Of a stretch of 39,483 bases of DNA, positions 1 through 7,311 are shown one piece after another. Under the pieces are notes generated by a model. The model was not told the origin of the DNA. It ran no database searches and was given only the letters and a program-made list of their open reading frames with translations. Numbering within the stretch: the stretch's first letter is position 1; the number at the start of each line of letters is the position of its first letter. This DNA comes from Elusimicrobiaceae bacterium (GTDB lineage: Bacteria > Elusimicrobiota > Elusimicrobia > Elusimicrobiales > Elusimicrobiaceae): assembly GCA_045601125.1 (NCBI GenBank), contig JAZRZE010000087.1, positions 1-39,483 of the forward strand, in the 5' to 3' direction. Both the position numbers and the translations under genes were made by a program.

Positions 1-336
1 GAAAAAATTTTTAATATCTTCATTTAGATTTTGATTAAGAAAACGACTTAAATACCATTTAATTCCACTTATTGCTCCCTTTGAGATATCGGCTATGTCA
101 TGTTCTTTCATTGTAGGTTTCTCTTCAACTAAAATCAATAATTTTTCGTTTTCATTGTAATAGATTCTATCGGGATAACCATTTTTGCCGTTTTGTTGTT
201 TCGAAGCTTTTGATAATACTTTAATTACTTCATCAGGGAAATTTCTTCTTGCAGATGACCAATCTGCAACTTTATAACCTAATTCTTGTAATTTGTTATC
301 TACTGATGGAGTAACATTAATGTCCTTGTTTGGCAT
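1..336 (-). CDS. Partial CDS (N-terminal 112 codons; continues past the left edge): PD-(D/E)xK nuclease-like domain protein, possibly a restriction/modification-type enzyme
   Basis: Absent from the ORF track because it runs off the window. A reverse-strand ATG at 336-334, preceded by AAGGA, opens a stop-free frame to position 1: MPNKDINVTPSVDNKLQELGYKVADWSSARRNFPDEVIKVLSKASKQQNGKNGYPDRIYYNENEKLLILVEEKPTMKEH... The 'PD-x14-EEK' spacing fits a PD-(D/E)xK core like the N-terminal domains of type I/III restriction subunits. The family call is inference. Confidence 0.5.
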   Translation of the reverse strand, partial: MPNKDINVTPSVDNKLQELGYKVADWSSARRNFPDEVIKVLSKASKQQNGKNGYPDRIYYNENEKLLILVEEKPTMKEHDIADISKGAISGIKWYLSRFLNQNLNEDIKNFF

Positions 337-479
337 ATTTTATCCTTTTAATGGTTTAAATTATATTTTGAGAAAAAGTTAAACGAATAAATATACATTA
401 TAGCAAACCATGCTACTATGTAATTTATATTTAATAGAAACCTCTCTAATTATATTATAACAATAAAGACAATATTTTT

Positions 480-501
480 GATCTAAAATATATTTTAGAT
501 C
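480..501. repeat. Perfect 22-bp palindrome GATCTAAAATATATTTTAGATC
   Basis: Read directly; the sequence is its own reverse complement. It lies between the malQ stop (533) and the start of the left-edge ORF (336). It could be an operator or a hairpin. No T-run follows it on the minus strand. Confidence 0.6.
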
Positions 502-532
502 AATGGAACTTGATAAATGGTTCCGAAAATTT

Positions 533-2110
533 TTACAATCTTTCTGTTTCTTTCAATAACTCTTTAAGAGTATCAAATTTTTCTTGATATTCCGCAGTTA
601 TTTGCTGGGGTTCAAAAGGAACTCTGTAGGTCCAGTTATCGTCGTTAACTGTGCCGGGGGTGTTTATTCTGCCTTCTTCACCTAAAATATCTTGGAAAGG
701 TAAAATTACTAGACAAGAGGAACTGCCCAAAGTTCTTTTTAAGATTTCTCTTTGGACTTCTTTTGACCAATCAACATAGCCGCTTGTTTTGCGTGCGCTT
801 ACCATTTCCCAGAAGTTTGCCCTTTGCCAAGCAGGCATTTGTTGCCACCACTCTTTTAAAGTTTCGGTATCATGGGTGCCGGTTGTGGCAATAGATGCTT
901 TTGCGTAGTTGCGCGGTTCTCTAAAGACTTCGTTATCCTTTTCCCAGCGTAAAACTTTATAGCCGGGCATAGAAAGTTCTTGCATCATTTGGCGCATATA
1001 ATTAGGTATTACCCCAAGGTCTTCTGCGATAGGCAATTTATCTTTTGCGGTTTCAAAGACGGCTTGTAAAAAATCAAAACCTCTTTTCTTTTGTTCGTCT
1101 TCGTTTTCAATATCAAAATGGCCTTTCTTTTGACCTTTTTCAAAAATCCAAGTTCTAAAGAAGCCGACCATGTGGTCTAGGCGGAAAATATCATAAATTT
1201 CACACGCTCTTGTGATTTTATTGCGCCAAAAAATAAAATTATTTTCGGCAATATCCTTCCAATTATAAGCGGGCAAACCCCATTTTTGGCCGCCTTCGCT
1301 GAATTGGTCTTGAGGGGCACCGATTTCGGCATCAAGCCAGTAGCGTTTTTGATTGCCCCAAACATCTGCACTTTCAAAATTAACACCGAAGGGGATATCG
1401 CCGCAAAGTAAAATATTATTTTCCTTTGCGACTTCTCTTGCTTCGTGCATTTGTTCTTGTAAAAGCCATTGTATGTAAACAAAGAACATAACTTTTTGAT
1501 AATTATCTTTTGTAAAAGTCTTCAAAAAGTTAATATCGGGATTTTTTAAGTTTTCTGGCCAAGAAAGCCAAGAATTCCAATTGTTTATATCTTTTGCCGC
1601 GCGGAAAATAGCATAAGGCACAAGCCAAGAAAAGTTCTTTCTTTCAAAAGCCAAAAAATCTTGATAGCGGGCGGTATTGTTTACCTTTTCTTCATGCAAG
1701 AAATAAAGATAAAGTTCCCACAAAACCCAATATTTTGCAGCTTTAATTCGCTTGAATAGAGTCTTTTTGCTTTCGCGCCAATCTTCAATATCCGTTTTAA
1801 TTTTATCAACTACTTCTTGGGCTTTTGAGCATTGTTTATATTCGGGAATATTAGGTATACTCAAGTAAATTGGGTCAATAGCATAGGTACTGAGTGCGCT
1901 GTAAGGGCAATTTTCACTGGGGGCGGTTTCATTTATCGGTAAAATTTGAAGAACTTTTAAACCTTGCTTGCTGAAAAAAGTAAGCCAATGTTTAAGAGAA
2001 TCTAAATCGCCGCAACCCCAATCTTGAGCGGAGCGCATTGCGCTTAAGGGGAGCAAAACCCCCGTTGAGCGGGAATTTACGATTTTATTTTCTTTTAAAT
2101 CAAGTGCCAT
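533..2110 (-). CDS. malQ: 4-alpha-glucanotransferase (amylomaltase, GH77)
   Basis: 525-aa ORF. GH77-type motifs: LPINETAPSENCPYSALSTYAIDPIYLS, FRLDHMVGFFRTW, GDIPFGV, IAEDLGVIP, TGTHDT. Confidence 0.9.
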   Translation of the reverse strand: MALDLKENKIVNSRSTGVLLPLSAMRSAQDWGCGDLDSLKHWLTFFSKQGLKVLQILPINETAPSENCPYSALSTYAIDPIYLSIPNIPEYKQCSKAQEVVDKIKTDIEDWRESKKTLFKRIKAAKYWVLWELYLYFLHEEKVNNTARYQDFLAFERKNFSWLVPYAIFRAAKDINNWNSWLSWPENLKNPDINFLKTFTKDNYQKVMFFVYIQWLLQEQMHEAREVAKENNILLCGDIPFGVNFESADVWGNQKRYWLDAEIGAPQDQFSEGGQKWGLPAYNWKDIAENNFIFWRNKITRACEIYDIFRLDHMVGFFRTWIFEKGQKKGHFDIENEDEQKKRGFDFLQAVFETAKDKLPIAEDLGVIPNYMRQMMQELSMPGYKVLRWEKDNEVFREPRNYAKASIATTGTHDTETLKEWWQQMPAWQRANFWEMVSARKTSGYVDWSKEVQREILKRTLGSSSCLVILPFQDILGEEGRINTPGTVNDDNWTYRVPFEPQQITAEYQEKFDTLKELLKETERL

Positions 2111-2111
2111 A

Positions 2112-2492
2112 TTATTTCCTCGCTATTGCCTCAATTTCCACTAAAGCGCCTTTGGGTAAAGCAACTACTTGGACGGTGCTTCTTGCCGGAAAAGGCTCTT
2201 GGAAAAATTTTGAATAGACTTCGTTCATATCGGCAAAATCTGCTAGGTTTGTTAAAAAAACTGTTGTTTTTATTACGTGCTTAAAATCTGTTTTTGCTGC
2301 TTTTAAAATCTCTTGCATATTTTGCAGAACTCTTTGGGTTTGGGTGCGGATATCTCCGCCGGTAAGTTCACCCGTTACAGGATCAGCCGGTAAACAACCG
2401 GAAATAAAAATCCAACTGCCATTTTTTACTGCTTGGGAATAAGGTCCAATGGCTTTAGGTGCATTATTTGCTGTTATTGTTTTTGTAGCCAT
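2112..2492 (-). CDS. ridA: RidA/YjgF-family reactive intermediate deaminase
   Basis: 126 aa. Classic N-terminus APKAIGPYSQAV and C-terminal ARSTVQVVALPKGALVEIEAIA. AAGGAG lies upstream of the ATG. One nt separates its stop from the malQ start. Confidence 0.9.
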   Translation of the reverse strand: MATKTITANNAPKAIGPYSQAVKNGSWIFISGCLPADPVTGELTGGDIRTQTQRVLQNMQEILKAAKTDFKHVIKTTVFLTNLADFADMNEVYSKFFQEPFPARSTVQVVALPKGALVEIEAIARK

Positions 2493-2566
2493 AAAATCTC
2501 CTTGCTTAAAACAAGTTATAATATATAATATAAAAAAAAGGGATTTATTTCAAAGAGGTAAGGATT

Positions 2567-3301
2567 ATGAATATAACTTTTCTTGGTACAAACGGCTGGT
2601 TTGATACCCATACAGGCGCAACAAGTTGCGTTTTTTTAGATACTAAAGATTGCTATATTATTTTAGATGCGGGCAGCGGTTTTTATAAAGTGCCTAGTTT
2701 ATTAAAGGAAGAAAAACCTATTTATCTTTTATTAACCCATTTGCATTTAGACCATATTTGCGCTCTGCAGATGTTGCCTTTACTTAGGGGGAAAAACTTA
2801 ACAATTATCGTTAAAGAAAATAAACAAAAAGAAGATTTAGCAAAGTTTATGCAGCTGCCTTTTATGCCGACAGCCAAAGCCCTTGGTATAAGAGTTGCCG
2901 CTTTAGACGAAATTGAAAAGGATTTGCCTTTTAAAGTTGAAACTTTTGAACTTGCCCACGCGGTTAAAACTTACGGTTTTAAAATTTTTGCCGAAGATAA
3001 AATTGTGGCTTACGGTCTTGATAGCGGACTTTGCGAAAATATTTTACACCTCGCTAAAGACAGCGATTTATTTATTTGCGAGTGTTCTTACCTGCCCGCG
3101 CAAGACCCCGATTTTAATCACTTAAACCCAAAGGCTGCGGCCTTAATTGCCAAAGAAGCAAAGGTAAAATTGCTTGCTTTGATACATTTTAAGGCCGACG
3201 TTTATGACACTTTTGAAAAGCGCGATTTAGCCTTGCTTGCTGCCGGTGAACATTTTGAAAAAGTTTTTGCGCCTTATGACGGCGATACAATAACTATTTG
3301 A
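2567..3301 (+). CDS. MBL-fold metallo-hydrolase (RNase Z / beta-lactamase superfamily)
   Basis: 244 aa with ILDAGSG and the HLHLDH zinc motif. An AGAGGTAAGGA ribosome-binding region precedes the ATG. Confidence 0.75.
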   Translation: MNITFLGTNGWFDTHTGATSCVFLDTKDCYIILDAGSGFYKVPSLLKEEKPIYLLLTHLHLDHICALQMLPLLRGKNLTIIVKENKQKEDLAKFMQLPFMPTAKALGIRVAALDEIEKDLPFKVETFELAHAVKTYGFKIFAEDKIVAYGLDSGLCENILHLAKDSDLFICECSYLPAQDPDFNHLNPKAAALIAKEAKVKLLALIHFKADVYDTFEKRDLALLAAGEHFEKVFAPYDGDTITI

Positions 3302-3456
3302 ACTTTTCAAAAAATTTGGTATAATAAATGTATAGAGATTAAAACTCTTAACCCGTTTTACAAGAAATATACTAGACATAAAAAGTATTTTTTGGTAAAA
3401 TATACTTAATGGGAAATTAACCCCGTTATTTTTTGCTCTTTTTTTGACAGATTTTA

Positions 3457-3528
3457 GCGCTCGTAGCTCAGTGGTAGAGCATCCGCCTTTTAAGCGGGAG
3501 GCCGTGAGTTCGAGTCTCACCGAGCGCA
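3457..3528 (+). tRNA. tRNA-Lys(UUU): tRNA-Lys (anticodon UUU)
   Basis: Hand-folded cloverleaf. Acceptor GCGCTCG/CGAGCGC, D-arm GCTC-AGTGGTA-GAGC, anticodon stem TCCGC/GCGGG with loop CTTTTAA, T-arm GTGAG-TTCGAGT-CTCAC. CCA is not encoded. Confidence 0.9.
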
Positions 3529-3561
3529 AAAGTTTTTGGCTCTTGTTTCAAGAGTCTATAC

Positions 3562-3633
3562 GCCCCCTTCGTCTATCGGCTAGGACACCAGATTTTCAAT
3601 CTGGTGAGAGGAGTTCGATTCTCCTAGGGGGCG
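3562..3633 (+). tRNA. tRNA-Glu(UUC): tRNA-Glu (anticodon UUC)
   Basis: Acceptor GCCCCCT/AGGGGGC, anticodon stem CCAGA/TCTGG with loop TTTTCAA, T-arm GGAG-TTCGATT-CTCC. It matches the typical bacterial tRNA-Glu pattern TTCGTCTA..AGGACAC. Confidence 0.9.
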
Positions 3634-3663
3634 TATTTTTTTTACGGCTGCTTTTGGGTTATT

Positions 3664-3933
3664 TTTAATTTTTAAAAAATTTCGGATACGCGGGGCTACC
3701 GCCCCCTCTAGGTATACCTCATTTTTTAAATCGTTTTTTCTTTAAGAAAAAACTAATTAAAATTATCTCCAAAATCCTTGTAAAAAAATTTGCTCTGTTT
3801 ATCTTAAATAAAACCTAAAAAATACGGCATAAAAAACATTTGCTTTGCTCGGTTGCGCAACTCTAAACGTAAAATCCTCGCAAAAATATTTGCTCTGTTA
3901 TATTCGTCATTCCCGAGAGTTTTTATCGGGAAT
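3664..3933. repeat. Copy A of a mosaic dispersed intergenic repeat, plus a local 100-bp-spaced direct repeat and a terminal hairpin
   Basis: The modules TTCGGATAC(3681)-N21-GGTATACC(3711), TTAAAATT(3757) and ATTTGCTCTGTT (3788 and 3888) recur at 14187-14317. The ~31-nt direct repeat AAAATCCT(TG/CG)(T/C)AAAAA.ATTTGCTCTGTT.AT occurs at 3771-3802 and 3871-3901. Inverted repeat ATTCCCG-N11-CGGGAAT at 3909-3933. Confidence 0.7.
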
Positions 3934-4040
3934 CTCCACCGATTATCTTTTTATTTTTATATCTTAACTATTGAGTTATATTTTTTTCTTATTTTTTGTA
4001 ACATCTTTTTATAGTTATAATTTATAAAGGAGAAAAATTT

Positions 4041-5201
4041 ATGAAAAATATGAAAAATAAAGCCTTCACGCTAGTAGAGTTATTAGTAGTTGTTCTAATA
4101 CTTGGTATTTTAACTGCGATTGCCCTTCCAAATTATTTATTGTCAGTAGAAAAAGGCAGAGCGGTAGAAGCTCAAAATAACCTTAGTTCAATAGCTAAAG
4201 CAGAACAACTAATAAAACTAAGTAATGGGTCTTATACTTCACAGATAGATTCTCTCCATATATCGCTAAATGATGTTAATGGGGAAAAAGTTATTGGTGA
4301 TCAATTTAATACTAAAGATTTTCACTTTACAGTATATGGATCACAAGAGGGGGCTGCAACAGCTCAACGCATACATGTATCAGAAGATAAACAATATACA
4401 TTAGCTATTGATTATATGACAGGTAAGATTTTTTGTCGTCCTGTAGATAATAGAGTTTGTCGAGCTTTGAATCTTGAAGAAGGACCAGCTTATGGGTCAG
4501 AAAATATTTCTTGGCAATCATGTAATGGCAATTACGGTCGATTTGAGTATATGTTTTGGGCTGATTGCCTAATGTATCAATCTGGTGGGAAGACTTATCG
4601 TAAATACTGTGATGAAGAGTATGATTACTGTGTATTTGCTACAGAAAATGAAGATGGTTCTTATGAAACAGAAGAGTTATTTTGTAGAGGAGATTTAAAT
4701 GAAGATGGTACTTGCGATAATATTGATTTCAGACGCAAAGAATCAACGAATGGACCGTACAGAAATAGTTTGGAGGCGTATAGCGATGGAACAGGCTCTG
4801 TATACGAGTTTTATTGCAAAGATCATGTATGCCATACAACCGCGGCTAAAAATTGTGAAACTGATTCTCAAGGAGAATGTGTAGAATATACATATCTAGA
4901 TGAATTTGTGGTTGATGAAAATGGTAAAGAATTAGCTCAGAAGAATTGTCAAGAAATTAATTCCGATGGAACTTGTGCTAAATATCATATTTGTGATCCG
5001 CATAATTCAAGCAATGCATGTGAACAATATAGAGATTCCTGCCCGGAAACCCCTACGGGAACTTGTTGCCTTTCATTTAGACACTATTTAAGGGATGGAA
5101 CTATCGTTTATCATAATACAAAAGCAGAAGCTTTATCAGCATGTCAGGCCTTATATGGTAATACATGTTCTTATTGGTGGTGTGGATATTCAGGTCGTTA
5201 A
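4041..5201 (+). CDS. Prepilin-type N-terminal domain protein (type IV pilin / pseudopilin-like) with a long Cys-rich C-terminal extension
   Basis: 386 aa. The N-terminus MKNMKNKA|FTLVELLVVVLILGILTAIALPNY is a class III (prepilin) signal with Glu at +5, followed by a pilin alpha-1 helix. The C-terminal ~240 aa carry most of the 22 Cys, with recurring DGTC/GxC motifs. AAAGGAG lies before the ATG. Confidence 0.85.
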   Translation: MKNMKNKAFTLVELLVVVLILGILTAIALPNYLLSVEKGRAVEAQNNLSSIAKAEQLIKLSNGSYTSQIDSLHISLNDVNGEKVIGDQFNTKDFHFTVYGSQEGAATAQRIHVSEDKQYTLAIDYMTGKIFCRPVDNRVCRALNLEEGPAYGSENISWQSCNGNYGRFEYMFWADCLMYQSGGKTYRKYCDEEYDYCVFATENEDGSYETEELFCRGDLNEDGTCDNIDFRRKESTNGPYRNSLEAYSDGTGSVYEFYCKDHVCHTTAAKNCETDSQGECVEYTYLDEFVVDENGKELAQKNCQEINSDGTCAKYHICDPHNSSNACEQYRDSCPETPTGTCCLSFRHYLRDGTIVYHNTKAEALSACQALYGNTCSYWWCGYSGR

Positions 5202-5212
5202 CTAAAAGTAAA

Positions 5213-5245
5213 AAGCCCTGCTAATAAAATTAGCAGGGCTTTTTA
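5213..5245. terminator. Bidirectional intrinsic terminator between convergent genes
   Basis: Hairpin AGCCCTGCTAAT-aaa-ATTAGCAGGGCT, flanked by A-runs and T-runs on both sides. It sits between the pilin-like gene (+) and the thiamine pyrophosphokinase gene (-). Confidence 0.85.
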
Positions 5246-5246
5246 A

Positions 5247-5873
5247 TTATTTATTCACAATAACTAGTAATTGGCCTTTGGTGAAGGAAACTTCAAAATT
5301 ATTTTTTAGGGCAATATTGCTTACTGCTGTTTGGCCTATCTTAAAAGTAGCATTTTTTAGAAGATATTTTAAATTTTTTAAAGTTAAATTTGTGGTATTA
5401 CCCATTGGGATAAGACTTACTTTTGCACCTTTTGTGCAAGTAAATTTAGCACTTTTTTTAATTGGGTAAATATCGCAAGTACTTGTTTTAAAAACAATTT
5501 GCGCTTTATCAATATAACTAAATACAGAAGAAAAATTGCTTAAAGTAAAATCAAGCCTGCCACCTTGCGCGCAAATTATTGTGATATTTGGCACTTTTAA
5601 ATAACGCGCAAAATCAAGACCCTTTTCTAAATCGGTATTATCTTGCCTTGAAACTTTTAAAAGTTTTTCCTGGCCTATTTTATTTTTGACATTTTTTGAA
5701 ATTGAATCTAAATCACCTATTACCAAACTTGGCATTATGCCTGCTTTTAAAGCGGTATCTGCGCCGCCGTCAAGTGCTAAAATAAAATCGGCTTCTTTGG
5801 CGCAAGTTTTTATAAAAGTTTTATTTTCACTTTGCCCGTTTGCGATTATTAAAAGTTTTTTGATTTTTTGCAT
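5247..5873 (-). CDS. thiN: Thiamine pyrophosphokinase (thiamine diphosphokinase)
   Basis: 208 aa. LIIANG..., ALDGGAD and VIGDLDSI match the TPK catalytic-domain signature (GDxDS). The C-terminal half is beta-rich, like the thiamine-binding domain. Confidence 0.8.
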   Translation of the reverse strand: MQKIKKLLIIANGQSENKTFIKTCAKEADFILALDGGADTALKAGIMPSLVIGDLDSISKNVKNKIGQEKLLKVSRQDNTDLEKGLDFARYLKVPNITIICAQGGRLDFTLSNFSSVFSYIDKAQIVFKTSTCDIYPIKKSAKFTCTKGAKVSLIPMGNTTNLTLKNLKYLLKNATFKIGQTAVSNIALKNNFEVSFTKGQLLVIVNK

Positions 5874-7264
5874 TTTTTATTCCTGTAAACTGCTATACTT
5901 AATAATAGCAAATTTGTAAGAACGCCGATATAAAACCCGTCAATTTGTGCCCAAAAACCTTGCTTTTTAGAAGCGTCCCACAAAGTCAAAAAAACGGCGG
6001 AAATGATTGCGCTTAAAGTAAAAGTTTTATCAGATATCCTTTTTGGGAAAATATGCCCCAGCACCAAAGGCACTAAAAGACAGGCCGACATATAAGAACC
6101 TAAAACAAACCATATTTTTTTGAAACTGCCTTCAAAATAAATACTCAAACTTATTGCAAGCGCGGCAATTATTATAAAGAAAATTTGATTTGCTAAAAGG
6201 GTATTTTTAATTTTATTTTTAAGTAAATCATAGGCAATTGTGTTTGAAGCGATAAACAAAAAAGAATCAAGTGTAGATAAAATTATTGATAAAATACCGG
6301 CGACAAAAAATCCTTTTAAACCGATGGGCAAAAGTTGTATGGCGTAGATAAAATAGGAATCTCTGGGGGCGGCATTAGGTATAAGGGCGCGAGCATAAAG
6401 CGCACCGCCCGTCGTGCAAATATCAAAGCAAAACCAAATAAGCGTGCAAATCAAAATACCTTTTTTGGCGGTTCTTATATCTTTTGCGGCAAAACATCTT
6501 TGGTAAAAAGCAGGGTCAACTAAAGTAGCTAGAGCAATAAAACCCCATACCGCTAAATTAAAATAACTGTTGCCGCCCGTTATAGAAAAATGTGCGGCGG
6601 GTAAATTTGCTTTTAGAAAGGAAAGTCCGCCGAAAGTTTTAACGGAAAAAATAAGAACAAGTAAAACGGATAAACACATTACGCTGAACTGAACCGCATC
6701 GGAATAAACCACAGCGCGAAGTCCGCCCCAACTTGCGTAAAGGCACACAAAACTTGTGCCTATAATCATACCCCAAAAAGTGGAAATGCCGAAACATAAA
6801 TGTAAAAACACACCAAGACTTAAAACATAAGCAATCGGTAAGACATTAAAAAAAGTAAAAACGGCACAGGTTTTGTGTGCCTTCGGGCCGAACATTTCGC
6901 CGGCCATTTCGGGCAAAGTTAAACTATGGTATTTTTTTATTTTATCTACCATAAAAAGCGCAAAAATAATATAAGCGATATACCAAAAACAACCTTGTGT
7001 GATAAAGTTATAAATACCGTAATTAAAAGTTATTTCGCTTACACCGAAAATGCCGCCATACCAACTTGCGCAAAGTGTAGCAACAAAAAAGGGCAAAGTA
7101 AGGCGTCTGCCCATTAGCATATAATCAAGAAATTTATCTTCGGAGTTTTTGCGTTTAAAATTTCCGTAAAGAACAAAAAAGACAGTTAAAAAAAGCACCG
7201 CAAAAAATACGGCATAATCAAAAAAATTAAAAAAATCTAAAACTTTTACGGTATTTTGAAACAT
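5849..7264 (-). CDS. Sodium:solute symporter (SSS/SSF) family transporter
   Basis: Multi-TM protein with an SSF-like N-terminus (YMLMGRRLTLPFFVATLCASWYGGIFGVSE). The track ORF (to 7477) overlaps the upstream gene and crosses its terminator. The ATG at 7264 (MFQNTVKVL...) lies just downstream of that terminator, so I use it as the start. The 3' end overlaps thiN by 25 nt. Confidence 0.8.
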   Translation of the reverse strand: MFQNTVKVLDFFNFFDYAVFFAVLFLTVFFVLYGNFKRKNSEDKFLDYMLMGRRLTLPFFVATLCASWYGGIFGVSEITFNYGIYNFITQGCFWYIAYIIFALFMVDKIKKYHSLTLPEMAGEMFGPKAHKTCAVFTFFNVLPIAYVLSLGVFLHLCFGISTFWGMIIGTSFVCLYASWGGLRAVVYSDAVQFSVMCLSVLLVLIFSVKTFGGLSFLKANLPAAHFSITGGNSYFNLAVWGFIALATLVDPAFYQRCFAAKDIRTAKKGILICTLIWFCFDICTTGGALYARALIPNAAPRDSYFIYAIQLLPIGLKGFFVAGILSIILSTLDSFLFIASNTIAYDLLKNKIKNTLLANQIFFIIIAALAISLSIYFEGSFKKIWFVLGSYMSACLLVPLVLGHIFPKRISDKTFTLSAIISAVFLTLWDASKKQGFWAQIDGFYIGVLTNLLLLSIAVYRNKKCKKSKNF

Positions 7265-7304
7265 AAAAAAATAAAGACCGCTCTTAAAAAAGAAGAGCGG
7301 TCTT
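7265..7304 (-). terminator. Intrinsic terminator after the YfcC-family gene
   Basis: On the minus strand, AAGACCGCTCTT-cttttt-AAGAGCGGTCTT is followed by TATTTTTTT. It lies between the stop at 7312 and the symporter start at 7264. Confidence 0.8.
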
Positions 7305-7311
7305 GTCCAAA

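Noticed and set aside
3227-3668. Track ORFs 3227-3529 (-) and 3444-3668 (+).
   Set aside because: Both are laid over the two tRNA genes, and the translations simply read through tRNA sequence.
3771-3901. Regularly spaced (100 bp) direct repeats, checked as a possible CRISPR array.
   Set aside because: Only two copies are present, the spacing is too long, the repeats are imperfect and AT-rich, and no cas genes are in the window.
3634-5245. tRNA-adjacent pilin gene, checked as a possible integrated mobile element or prophage remnant.
   Set aside because: There is no integrase, no transposase, and no direct repeat of the tRNA-Glu 3' end that I could find. Only a compositional impression remains, noted under findings.
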